Positions 31,578-40,531 of a DNA stretch of 64,000 nt are shown here, piece after piece (the stretch's first letter is position 1; each line of letters starts with the position of its first letter). This stretch comes from Arenicellales bacterium (GTDB lineage: Bacteria > Pseudomonadota > Gammaproteobacteria > Arenicellales > Poriferihabitantaceae). The notes under the pieces were generated by a model. That model did not search any database and was not told the DNA's origin. It was given only the letters and a program-made list of their open reading frames with translations. The stretch covers positions 869,130 through 933,129 of the forward strand of contig CBDDOO010000001.1 in the NCBI GenBank assembly GCA_965231905.1, written 5' to 3'. Position numbers and translations under genes: made by a program.

Positions 31578-33122
31578 ATGAATACGAGTGTGGAAGCGGG
31601 ACAGCGGGTTACGTCCAGGCGATCCGGACGCGGCCACAAAAGAGAAAGGCCGCAGGCTGCGGCGCCGGCCTATGTAACCCGGAAAATCCCGTATTTCGAG
31701 TTTCTCGATGAAGAGGGGCTGGTTACTCTGGAAGATCAGGCGGACTGGTTGATGCAGGAAATCGGACTGGAGTTCCGGGGCGACCCGGAGGCTCTGAGAC
31801 TCTGGAAGGAAGCGGGGGCCGACGTCAACCAGACCCGGGTAAAATTGCCCCGCGGTATGGCTCGTGAGTTGTGCAGGACGATCCCTTCACAGTTTATCCA
31901 GGTTGCGCGCAACCCTGCCCGCAGTGTCCGGATTGGCGGTCGGGCTCAAGTATTCGCCTGTGTTTACGGCCCCCCTTTTGTGCGTGACCTCGAAGGGGGG
32001 AGGCGCTACGGCGCCATGCAGGATCTGGAAAATCTGGTCAAGATCGCCTGGCAACTGCCCGGCATCCACCACACCGGACTGGTGATCTGTGAACCCTGCG
32101 ACGTGGCCGTATCCTGGCGTCACCTGGATATGCTGTACAGACACATGCGCTACAGCGACAAACCCTTTCTCGGCGCGATCACCGCAAAATCAAGGGCGCA
32201 GGATTCAGTGGATATGGCCAGAGTGTTGTTTGGCGAGGAATTCATGCAGAACCATTGCGTCATTATGGGTAACGTCAACACCAATTCGCCGTTGCTGATC
32301 GACAAGGTGGTCACCGAAGCAGCCCAGGTTTACTGCGGGGCCGGGCAGGGGCTGATTGCGGCTCCGTTCATTCTTGGCGGCGCAATGGGGCCGGTGACGA
32401 CGGCGGCCTCTATTTCCCAGGCCCTGGCGGAAGCCATGATGGTCGGGGCATTCACCCAGCTGGTGCGTCCGGGCGCTCCTTTCGTATTGGGAAATTTCCT
32501 GTCATCCATGAGCCTGAAAAGCGGCGCTCCCACTTTTGGTATGCCTGAGCCGGTCATGTCGAATTTCATTATCGGGCAGTTGGCCCGCAGATTGGGCATT
32601 CCGTTGCGAAGCGGCGGGTCGTTGACGGCCTCCAAACTGCCCGATGCCCAGGCGGCGGCCGAAAGCGCCGATTCGATGATGTCCACGGCTCTGGGCGGGG
32701 CCAATTTTGTGTTGCACGCGGCTGGCTGGCTGGAAGGGGGGCTGGCGACCGGATATGAAAAACTGGTCCAGGACGCCGATCGGCTGGGCGCCTATCAGGT
32801 GATGTTGTCCGGGTTGCCGCTGGATGACAATGCCCTGGCCAGGGACGCCTATCATGAAGTGGAACCGTCGGGGCATTTCCTGGGCAGCGCCCATACCCTG
32901 GCCAATTATCAAACCGCCTATTATGACGCTGTCCTGTCGGACAGCGAAAGCGTCGAGCAATGGGAAGACCAGGGCGGCAAGGATTCAGCGAGACGCGCCT
33001 TTGAGCGTTGGAACCGATTGCTGAGGGAATACCAGCCTCCGCCAATGGATGAGGGCACGGACGAAGCGTTGCGGGAATTTGTCGAGAAGAGGAAAAGACA
33101 AATCCCCGAAGCCTGGTACTGA
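31578..33122 (+). CDS. Non-pyrrolysine MttB-superfamily methyltransferase (quaternary amine:corrinoid type)
   Basis: YGPPFVRD...GRR, CEP.D, NSPL, PF...GAMGPVT, SK.PDAQAA.E, GAN..LHAAGWLEGGL, GHFLG..HT; no internal amber codon. Confidence 0.88.
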   Translation: MNTSVEAGQRVTSRRSGRGHKRERPQAAAPAYVTRKIPYFEFLDEEGLVTLEDQADWLMQEIGLEFRGDPEALRLWKEAGADVNQTRVKLPRGMARELCRTIPSQFIQVARNPARSVRIGGRAQVFACVYGPPFVRDLEGGRRYGAMQDLENLVKIAWQLPGIHHTGLVICEPCDVAVSWRHLDMLYRHMRYSDKPFLGAITAKSRAQDSVDMARVLFGEEFMQNHCVIMGNVNTNSPLLIDKVVTEAAQVYCGAGQGLIAAPFILGGAMGPVTTAASISQALAEAMMVGAFTQLVRPGAPFVLGNFLSSMSLKSGAPTFGMPEPVMSNFIIGQLARRLGIPLRSGGSLTASKLPDAQAAAESADSMMSTALGGANFVLHAAGWLEGGLATGYEKLVQDADRLGAYQVMLSGLPLDDNALARDAYHEVEPSGHFLGSAHTLANYQTAYYDAVLSDSESVEQWEDQGGKDSARRAFERWNRLLREYQPPPMDEGTDEALREFVEKRKRQIPEAWY

Positions 33123-33173
33123 TCGCGGATCAGTCAACCGGGGCAGTCAACATTGAACCTGGAAGGTAAGCGA

Positions 33174-33263
33174 ATGCAATCTCATGCGAAAGTAGTCATC
33201 ATTGGCGGCGGTGTTGTCGGCTGCTCGATTTTGTTTCATCTGGCCCGGTTCGGCTGGAAAGAA
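33174..33263 (+). pseudogene. 5' remnant of a GcvT-family FAD oxidoreductase (dimethylglycine/sarcosine dehydrogenase-like)
   Basis: MQSHAKVVIIGGGVVGCSILFHLARFGWKE, then similarity is lost abruptly. Confidence 0.8.
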
Positions 33264-33333
33264 AGCCAGAGGGGAACCTTCCGTTTGATCTGGACTCAAA
33301 ATCATAAAGGGGCACAACGACGGGGGCACAACG

Positions 33334-33885
33334 ATGAGACGGGTACTTCAACTGATGGCGCTGATCCTGGTATGCGGTTCGGCGCCATCCGGGTCGGACC
33401 AGAACAACCCCGAACTGGATGAGCTTTTCCGACTGCTGCATGAAGTCACCAGCCCGGCGGAAGCGTCTGTGCTGACCCGGCAGATCTGGCAAAACTGGTA
33501 TCAGTCCGATAACCGGGAAATTGAAGCATTGATGCAGCGCGGTGAAATCAGTCTGCGCCGGGGGAAGCTGGAGCAGGCAATCGAAATCTATTCCAGAGTG
33601 ATCGACATTGACCCCGGGTTTGCCGAAGGCTGGAATCGACGGGCGACCGCATACTACATGATGGGTGAATTGCAGTCTTCGACAGAAGATGTAGTGGAAA
33701 CATTGAAGCTGGAACCCCGGCATTTCGGCGCTCTTTCAGGGCAGGGCATGATTTATACCCAGTTGCGGAAAATTGATCTGGCGCTGGAATATTACGAAAG
33801 AGCCCTTGAGGTGAATCCCCACATGACCGGAGTCAGAATTTCAATCGAGGCCATCCGGAAATATCTGGAGAAGGAAGTTATTTAA
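33334..33885 (+). CDS. Exported tetratricopeptide repeat protein
   Basis: Signal-like N-terminus; P.FAEGWNRRAT.YY and L.LEPRHFGALSGQG. Confidence 0.88.
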   Translation: MRRVLQLMALILVCGSAPSGSDQNNPELDELFRLLHEVTSPAEASVLTRQIWQNWYQSDNREIEALMQRGEISLRRGKLEQAIEIYSRVIDIDPGFAEGWNRRATAYYMMGELQSSTEDVVETLKLEPRHFGALSGQGMIYTQLRKIDLALEYYERALEVNPHMTGVRISIEAIRKYLEKEVI

Positions 33886-33895
33886 TGGTTATCAT

Positions 33896-34960
33896 TTATT
33901 CTGGAGCCAGCTCGAACAGCGTTATTTCATTGAGTGAACCCAGTCTCATCAATGGTCCCCAGGTGCCGGTGCCGGGGGATACATACAGGTGGTGACGGCG
34001 CTTTCGATAGAGTCCGCTAATGCGGTTGAACTGCTGTTTGACGATCAGGTTGAACGGGAAAATCTGCCCGTTGTGAGTATGTCCGCAAAGCATCAGGTCA
34101 ATGCCATGATCCATCGCCGCTTCCCAGCCGTGCGGACGGTGATAGAGCAGCAGGCTGAACTGATCCGGGTTATTGGCGATCTGCGGTAGATGAATAGCGA
34201 CCTGATCCCTGCGGTCCGCGTCGTCTATGCCGATAAAGACGAGTTCTCCGGCGCTCGATGAATCCTGCCGCAACGTATTCATGCCGAGACGTTTTGCAAT
34301 ATCCAGAATCTTGTCCAGGTCGGCGTACCGCTCATGATTGCCAATCGTGAAAAACGCTGGAGCCTTGAGCTGTTCTATGGATTTCAACGCTTCATAGTCA
34401 ACCGAACTGCTGTCGATCAAATCTCCGGTGACGGCGACAAAATCAGGTTCAAGGGCATTAATCCTGTGGACGATACGTTGCATGAATCCGCTCTGCCGGG
34501 AACCGATATGGACATCGCTGATCTGGGCAATCCGGTATTTACGGCTGATTTTCGGGCTTCTGATCCGTAGTCTCTTGATCGACAGGTGGTGAGAGGCCAG
34601 GATTGAAAACAGCGCCAGCAGGGCGCCGGTGACGAGGACTGCCCGGGCGACCAGCCGGTCATCCGCATCCAGCGTCCACCGGAGCGGCTCGGCAATCAGC
34701 GCAAGGACCGCGAATACGAAGCTTATCCCGAACCAGTGTACGACGAGGTAGCGAACTTTCATTTTTGGCCCGCTGAATGAGTAGTACATACCGGCCATAC
34801 CCACCAACCAGGCTGCGATCGCAAGAAAAATCGTGAACTTGATTTCGCCGCCATACCAATGGGTCAATCGGTTGACCGGCCAGGCGAACACGAAGCAGCA
34901 GGCGAGCGGAAACAGGAGATTGAACCAGAGACGGGTATTGGGTTGAGCGGACGCCATCAC
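33896..34960 (-). CDS. Membrane metallophosphoesterase (YkuE-like)
   Basis: N-terminal TMs; SDVH, TGDLID, GNHE, GHTH.GQ. Confidence 0.9.
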   Translation of the reverse strand: MMASAQPNTRLWFNLLFPLACCFVFAWPVNRLTHWYGGEIKFTIFLAIAAWLVGMAGMYYSFSGPKMKVRYLVVHWFGISFVFAVLALIAEPLRWTLDADDRLVARAVLVTGALLALFSILASHHLSIKRLRIRSPKISRKYRIAQISDVHIGSRQSGFMQRIVHRINALEPDFVAVTGDLIDSSSVDYEALKSIEQLKAPAFFTIGNHERYADLDKILDIAKRLGMNTLRQDSSSAGELVFIGIDDADRRDQVAIHLPQIANNPDQFSLLLYHRPHGWEAAMDHGIDLMLCGHTHNGQIFPFNLIVKQQFNRISGLYRKRRHHLYVSPGTGTWGPLMRLGSLNEITLFELAPE

Positions 34961-35050
34961 TACAGGATATAACAGGATCGGTTGAAATGAAATTGACAGG
35001 ACTGATTTTTATGCGCGGGTCTTTCCTGTAATCCGGGGTATAATCCGGCT

Positions 35051-36505
35051 TTGGAATCTCCCGGAGACACGACACTGAAACCCGCGCACAAATTACGCAA
35101 GACCAAGGTCATCGCCACCATTGGTCCGGCCTGCGACCATATCGATACGCTGAAAGAGATGGTTGAGGCGGGCATGAATGTGGCGCGCCTGAATTTATCC
35201 CATGGAGATGTGCAATCCCATTCCCGGACGCTGGAACGTGTGCGTCAGGCGGCGCTGGAAATGGAGGTTGCGGTGGCGGTCATGGTGGATACCCGGGGGC
35301 GTGAAATCCGTACAGGCCGGCTCAACGCCGACAGCGTGCCGCTGGAACGCCACCAGTCGTTTTCAATTTACGCGGGGGATGGAATCGGGGATCAGACCGG
35401 CGTCACCGTTTCCCATCCGACTCTGTACCGGCATACCAGCGCCGGTGACCGCATATTGATTGATGACGGTCAGATGGAGTTGATCGTGACCGCTGTCAAA
35501 GGAGACGAAATCCAGTGCAGGGTTGAATGCGGCGGCTTGCTCAGGGACGCCAGAGGCGTCAACCTGCCGGACAACAAAACCGCGTTCAACGACATTCCAT
35601 CCGATGACGCCCTGGAAATAGAATTCGCGGCGGCCAATGATGTTCAGTACATCGCCGCGTCATTTGTCCGAAATGCCAGCGAAGTGGTGACCATGCGTAA
35701 CGCGCTCAGGAGCCGGGGCGCGCATATCCCGATCATTGCGAAGATAGAAAACCGCGAAGGGGTGGATAACATGAGCAGCATCATCGCGGAGGCTGACGGT
35801 ATCATGGTTGCGCGTGGCGACCTCGGCGTCGAACTGGAACTGGGCGAAGGCCCGACCGTTCAAAAGCGGATTATCCGGGCTACCGTAGCCCAGGGCAAAC
35901 CCGTGATCACCGCCACCCAGATGCTGGATTCGATGGAACGAAATCCGAGACCGACCCGGGCTGAGGTCAGCGATGTCGCCAATGCCATCTTCGATGGCAC
36001 TTCCGCCGTGATGCTGTCCGGCGAAACCGCGGTCGGGAGGCGCCCTGTCGAAGCTGTGAAAACCATGGTCAGCCTGGCGCGGGAAGCGGAGGCGGGGTTA
36101 CGCCGATTCGGGTATCTTCAACAAATTCAGCCGCATCCCGCCAACGAGGTCACGGAGGCGGTGGCGCAGGCTTCGATCACGATGGCCAATCACCTGGACG
36201 CAGCCGCCATTATCGCACTGACTGAAACCGGATTCACTTCCCGCCTGATTTCCAAATACCGCCCCGATTGTCCGATTCTCGCCATCACCACCTGTAAATC
36301 AGTGGTCAGCCGTCTCGCCATGAACTGGGGCGTATTGGCCATTCACTATGACGCTGATGGCGGCGATGACGCAAAAATTGTTTTCGCCATCAACCGCGCC
36401 AAAGAGCTTGGCTACGTCAGTAACAATGATCTGCTGATCCTGACCGCGGGGAGTTCGAGGCAGGCCGGCAGTACCGATTTGATCCGGGTTTTACGAGTCA
36501 GATAG
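35051..36505 (+). CDS. pyk: Pyruvate kinase
   Basis: RKTKVIATIGP, VARLN.SHG, IIAKIE, MVARGDLGVE, TATQMLDSM, RPTRAE.SDVANA; start codon uncertain. Confidence 0.96.
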   Translation: MESPGDTTLKPAHKLRKTKVIATIGPACDHIDTLKEMVEAGMNVARLNLSHGDVQSHSRTLERVRQAALEMEVAVAVMVDTRGREIRTGRLNADSVPLERHQSFSIYAGDGIGDQTGVTVSHPTLYRHTSAGDRILIDDGQMELIVTAVKGDEIQCRVECGGLLRDARGVNLPDNKTAFNDIPSDDALEIEFAAANDVQYIAASFVRNASEVVTMRNALRSRGAHIPIIAKIENREGVDNMSSIIAEADGIMVARGDLGVELELGEGPTVQKRIIRATVAQGKPVITATQMLDSMERNPRPTRAEVSDVANAIFDGTSAVMLSGETAVGRRPVEAVKTMVSLAREAEAGLRRFGYLQQIQPHPANEVTEAVAQASITMANHLDAAAIIALTETGFTSRLISKYRPDCPILAITTCKSVVSRLAMNWGVLAIHYDADGGDDAKIVFAINRAKELGYVSNNDLLILTAGSSRQAGSTDLIRVLRVR

Positions 36506-37588
36506 ACGTTCCGGCCAGACCTGGTCTTCGGTTTTCAGGTGCAGCGTGGTCGTCGGGAAAGCGCATTGGGCGTTGTTGTCTTCAATAATCTTCAGGATGG
36601 CGAGCATGACTTCCTGCTTGATTCTGAAATATTCCTTCCCGTTTTGCGTTCTGGTGAAGCAGTAAATAAAGAAATCCAGCGATGACGGGGCGAATGTGGT
36701 GAAGCTGACCATCAGGGTCTGATCCGGGTCGATTTCTTCGTGGGATTCGAGATAGGTTTTCACCTGCGCCACGATGTCGTCCATCGCAACGGCGTCATCG
36801 TAACGGATTCCGATGGTTTCGTAAATCCGCCGGTTTTTCATGCGAGTGATATTCTCGATCGAGATAGTCGAAAAAGTCGAGTTCGGCACATACAGCGCCC
36901 GGCTTTCCAGGGTCCGGATCAGGGTGATTCGCCACCCGATCTTTTCCACTATTCCTTCGATTTGTTTGTCCGGGGAGCGAATCCAGTCGCCGATGAAAAA
37001 CGGGCGATCCAGATAGATCATCAATCCGCCGAAGAAATTGGAAAGCATGCCCTGGGCGGCAAACCCGACCGCGATGCCGCCAATCCCGCCGAACGTCAAA
37101 ACCCCCGCAACGCTGAGTCCGAGGGTCTGCATCGCCACCAGAGACGCGATGATCAACACCGTCAACCGCAACAATTTTCCGATGCTGGTGACCGCGAACT
37201 GATCGACTTCTTCGCCTTTTCCGGTTTTCCTTTGGATCAGGTTTTGCTGGATATTGTTGATGAATCGAACCAGAAACCAGGCGATCGCGGTAATCGCGCC
37301 CAAATCCCTGGCCGGAACGATGGCTCCCGCAATCGGCGTGTCCAGGCCGGCCGCAGCGGTTTCACAGGCCAGACCGACACCGACCACCCAGATCATCAAT
37401 CGCAAGGGGGGGGCCAGCGCATTCAGGAAGGCGCCATTCCATGACAGTCCACTACTATCCAGACGTTTGCGCAAAAACGCCAGGATTCCCCGGGTCGCCA
37501 GACTCAAAGCCAGGGTCACGGCCAGAATCACGATCACCTGCAACATCAGTGAATCCCGGTCGAACAGATTGATGAACGAGTCAGGCAT
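36491..37588 (-). CDS. MscS-family mechanosensitive channel (YnaI-like)
   Basis: GGIGGIAVGFAAQ..LSNFFGG..IY.DRPF..GDWI, GWR.T, YVPNS.F. Confidence 0.92.
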   Translation of the reverse strand: MPDSFINLFDRDSLMLQVIVILAVTLALSLATRGILAFLRKRLDSSGLSWNGAFLNALAPPLRLMIWVVGVGLACETAAAGLDTPIAGAIVPARDLGAITAIAWFLVRFINNIQQNLIQRKTGKGEEVDQFAVTSIGKLLRLTVLIIASLVAMQTLGLSVAGVLTFGGIGGIAVGFAAQGMLSNFFGGLMIYLDRPFFIGDWIRSPDKQIEGIVEKIGWRITLIRTLESRALYVPNSTFSTISIENITRMKNRRIYETIGIRYDDAVAMDDIVAQVKTYLESHEEIDPDQTLMVSFTTFAPSSLDFFIYCFTRTQNGKEYFRIKQEVMLAILKIIEDNNAQCAFPTTTLHLKTEDQVWPERLSDS

Positions 37589-37917
37589 TATTCTGTCAGT
37601 CCGTCAGCCTTCGGGAGATCAGCCTGTCTGGCCCATCCGGTATAGCCGCCATTCAGACTGTAGCTTTGACTGAATCCCTGTTTGCTGAAAAAATCCGCCG
37701 CGCCCTTGCTCATGTTGCCGTGATAGCAACAGACAATCAGTGGCCGCGATTTATCCGCGCCTTCAATAAAGGACTGAACGTTGCTGTTGTCGATATGGAT
37801 GGCGTTCCTGATATGCCCCGCTGACCAGGACGCGGCATCCCGGATATCAACAATAATCGGGTCCTGACTGTCGATCAGCTCCCTGGCGTCTTCAATGTCT
37901 ATGTTGTTGTATGGCAT
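37588..37917 (-). CDS. glpE: Thiosulfate sulfurtransferase GlpE
   Basis: VDIRD, GHI, CYHGNMSK.AA, SL.GG. Confidence 0.9.
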   Translation of the reverse strand: MPYNNIDIEDARELIDSQDPIIVDIRDAASWSAGHIRNAIHIDNSNVQSFIEGADKSRPLIVCCYHGNMSKGAADFFSKQGFSQSYSLNGGYTGWARQADLPKADGLTE

Positions 37918-38077
37918 AGATGATGAACTTGTGTTCGAGCAATAGCAGCATCAGGTCTTTGTCCAGTTCGCTGTCTTCATCAATCATCGCCAGCAATGAT
38001 TCCCGACCCGGACGCGATGTATCGTACTCCTGTTTCAGGGCCTGGATACGGTCTCTTATTGGCCGGGTGGTTGGCAT
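37892..38077 (-). pseudogene. Short chimeric ORF; N-terminus resembles that of certain Fic-family proteins
   Basis: RIQALKQEYD..RPGRESLLAMIDE recalled as a Fic N-terminal helix (not searched); TATAAT 6 nt before the ATG. Confidence 0.4.
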
Positions 38078-38083
38078 ACCGCC

Positions 38084-38182
38084 ATTATACTTTATTCACG
38101 GTATATTATGAAAATAACGTGAATAGAGCCGTAAATATGATAATCATTCACTAATTATGAGTGATTAACAGTGAATCAATCG
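38084..38182. promoter_or_regulatory. Double palindrome ATTCAC-N19-GTGAAT (copy 1) overlapping a minus-strand sigma70-like promoter
   Basis: Palindromes at 38094-38124 and 38146-38176; minus strand TTCATA-N17-TATAAT-N6-ATG. Confidence 0.65.
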
Positions 38183-38212
38183 CGATTTTGGGGGGCGATG
38201 GCTATTTTTCAC

Positions 38213-38638
38213 CTAACGGACACTGACCAGTACATCGCCACCTAATGAACGGATAAATCGCTCCAGAGTATCGGCTTTGGTATTGTGGCGTGGATTGAGG
38301 ATACGTCGTACTTCGCTTTCTTTGATGTCCAGCGTTTCGGCAATAGCTACTTTAGTTTGACCGGATTCACGGAACTTGATATAGGCAGCCGCTTTCAGCG
38401 CGGTGGTTACTGGCACTGAAACCAGTCGTTCTCCGGCTTGTTCAGCTGAAGGTTCGGGAATTTCCCGACCTTGATTGATACAGCCGCAAATGGCCTCATC
38501 CAGGGCATCGGCAGCCTCGACAAGCGCTTCTTCAATCGTATCGCCCTGAGTAATTACTTCTGGCATATCCCGGCAGGTGACAACGTAGCCGCCTTCATCA
38601 GGGTCTTCGGTAAGGATAACAGGATAAATATATTTCAT
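38213..38638 (-). CDS. hicB: HicB antitoxin with C-terminal HTH
   Basis: YPVIL....EGGYVVT..D.PE.ITQGDT.EEA, EIPEPS, VRRILNPRHNTK. Confidence 0.92.
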   Translation of the reverse strand: MKYIYPVILTEDPDEGGYVVTCRDMPEVITQGDTIEEALVEAADALDEAICGCINQGREIPEPSAEQAGERLVSVPVTTALKAAAYIKFRESGQTKVAIAETLDIKESEVRRILNPRHNTKADTLERFIRSLGGDVLVSVR

Positions 38639-38641
38639 GGT

Positions 38642-38854
38642 TCATATCTCCGATTTGTCAATGCCCAGCTGTTTTAACATGGCGTGGCAAGTACCTGTTT
38701 TCAGTTCATCTTTCGGGTTTCTCAGGATTGTATATCTGTCACCATAGTAGAGAGTTATATGGCTGCCTTTCCCTCGTTCTTTGTTTACGTCAAACAACAA
38801 ACCTTGAGCTTTTGCCAGTTTTTTCACTCGTTTCATAAATTCGTTTCCGTTCAT
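38642..38854 (-). CDS. hicA: HicA toxin
   Basis: RGKGSH..LYYG, ELK.GT..AMLKQLGI; start MNGNEF. Confidence 0.9.
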   Translation of the reverse strand: MNGNEFMKRVKKLAKAQGLLFDVNKERGKGSHITLYYGDRYTILRNPKDELKTGTCHAMLKQLGIDKSEI

Positions 38855-38994
38855 AGTTCTTAATATCGAACAAAATTGATCGACAGTCAAATCTTTATTT
38901 AATAACTGTAAATTTCTGGTAGACCCTCGTCGTAGGTGCTACACTGGATACATCACAGAAATCATTTCAAACCCTGGCCCATTCGAGTTACGCT

Positions 38995-39150
38995 ATGAAC
39001 AAGAAAAGTCCCAAACCTTCGGATTCATCAAGAACTGGTGCCAGTAGCTCCCAAACAAATCGGGACAGCGTACAACATCGACAACAGTCCAACAAGGTTA
39101 CGAATACTCACCCTCCGCCAAATAAAAAACCAACCAAGAAAACAAGCTGA
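38995..39150 (+). CDS. 51-aa low-complexity small protein (below the ORF-track cut-off)
   Basis: MNKKSPKPSDSSRTGASSSQTNRDSVQHRQQSNKVTNTHPPPNKKPTKKTS; ends 22 bp before the 2TM gene. Confidence 0.5.
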   Translation: MNKKSPKPSDSSRTGASSSQTNRDSVQHRQQSNKVTNTHPPPNKKPTKKTS

Positions 39151-39172
39151 TGAAAAAATGCCGGAATAGAAT

Positions 39173-39700
39173 ATGACTGAAGAACCGACAAGCGAATACG
39201 ATAGATTCCAGTTTGATGTACGTCGGTCGGTACGTTATCACGACAGGCGCGTGTCGTTTTTCGAGATGTGCCACAAGGTCGTTCTGTTCATAGCCCTGAT
39301 TGGCGGGTCAGCCAGTATAGCCACTTTTACAGCCGAGTTTGCTTCTGATTGGCCGCAATGGTCAAAACTTCTTCCAGCTGCGGTGATTTCTGTATTTGCT
39401 GGCCTGGACCTAGTGGCGGGATCCTCCAACAAAGCCAGAATTCATGACAGATTGAAGCAGCGTTTCATTGCCTTGGAAAGTAGGATGCAACGGGAAGAAA
39501 CAGGCAGTGTGCTGAATGAATGGACAGTCGAACGATTGGCAATTGAATCTGATGAACCGCCGGTTCTGAGAGTACTGGATACGTTATGCCACAATGAGTT
39601 ATTGCGCTCAATGGGGTATTCAAAGGATGAATATATTCCGGTGAAAAGACTTCAACGGTTTTTCTCTCCCTTCTTTGACATGGGCGCGGACGCGCTCTAG
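39173..39700 (+). CDS. SLATT-like 2-TM protein
   Basis: RSVRYH.RR..FF helix, two TM segments, A..H..L..RF..L helix, IE.DEPP; SLATT assignment is by architecture only. Confidence 0.6.
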   Translation: MTEEPTSEYDRFQFDVRRSVRYHDRRVSFFEMCHKVVLFIALIGGSASIATFTAEFASDWPQWSKLLPAAVISVFAGLDLVAGSSNKARIHDRLKQRFIALESRMQREETGSVLNEWTVERLAIESDEPPVLRVLDTLCHNELLRSMGYSKDEYIPVKRLQRFFSPFFDMGADAL

Positions 39701-39860
39701 CCTCCGTTGCCTGCATATAACCGTAGTCGTGGCGCTGGCGGAAATTGAAAACGACGATTGCGATTTCACTGGTTATCAGATTCTCATTAGTGCTGTGCAG
39801 CGTATTGGCGCTTCTATTGTCCACCGTCGCAAGTTATTTATTGAATGATGGAGAGTGGTT

Positions 39861-40202
39861 TCAAAGATCCGGTTCACTTTGCGTCCAGGCATGAAATTCT
39901 TCACTACGCAGAATATAGAAGATATAGTTTGTAAGCATCCGATTCTCGTTTGGCCTAATGGCGGCAATTCCTCGACCTATACAGATTCGGCTTGTCGTCA
40001 AGTTGACAGGCCCGACAGGGGCACGCACGGACATAAGAATGTCGCCTTCCTCGGCGAATCTCTTTGGGTCAGTAGTCCATTTTGTCGGCTTGCCAATAAA
40101 CATTCTTTTAAACTCGGCTTTTCCTTGATAGAACGGCATCCCTATACCAGTATCATTGTATGATTTCCCCGGCGGTGATTGTCCGCTTCCAATCTTCCAC
40201 AC
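39861..40202 (-). pseudogene. Orphan HsdS target-recognition-domain fragment
   Basis: GQSP.G..YN.TG.G.PFYQGKA.F.....KPTKWTT...A...DILMSVRAPVG..N.....ICIGRG.A shared with TRD1 of hsdS at 16.2 kb; conserved flanking helices absent. Confidence 0.85.
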
Positions 40203-40221
40203 TCCCTTCTCTCAAATTCCC

Positions 40222-40308
40222 TATTCACTATATATTACAAAAATAGAGTGAATGGTATGAATATGGTATTGATTCACTGAATATGAATCATAGACAGTGA
40301 ATCAATCG
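40222..40308. promoter_or_regulatory. Double palindrome ATTCAC-N19-GTGAAT (copy 2)
   Basis: Palindromes at 40223-40253 and 40272-40302, the latter with 12-bp perfect arms ATTGATTCACTG/CAGTGAATCAAT; degenerate direct repeat of 38093-38182. Confidence 0.7.
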
Positions 40309-40330
40309 TATAAGTGGGCAAACCAAGAGC

Positions 40331-40356
40331 GTAGGGGCAGGTCACCGTACCTGCCC
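40331..40356 (+). repeat. GTAG-type REP at the higB truncation point
   Basis: GTAGGGGCAGGTCACCGTACCTGCCC. Confidence 0.78.
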
Positions 40357-40375
40357 GGAACGGTGAAGATGTATC

Positions 40376-40522
40376 CTGAGGATTCCACCCGGTAATCGAT
40401 TGGAGTCATTGGCAGGTAATAGAAAGGGGCAGTATAGTATTCGTATTAATGAGCAATTTCGTATCTGTTTCAAATGGGGCGAGTCTGGCCCATTTGAAGT
40501 AGAAATCATTGACTATCACTAG
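40376..40522 (+). pseudogene. higB: HigB (killer-type) toxin, 5' half missing
   Basis: [34 protein letters not shown]...EVEIIDYH*; in-frame stop just upstream and no start codon. Confidence 0.88.
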
Positions 40523-40531
40523 AGGTATACC

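Noticed and set aside
31578-33122. Pyrrolysine read-through in MttB
   Set aside because: The ORF is continuous, with no in-frame TAG.
38089-38116. Possible dif/pdif site (GTATATTATGAAAAT)
   Set aside because: Only a partial XerD arm and no XerC arm ending in ATAA; better explained by the ATTCAC palindrome.
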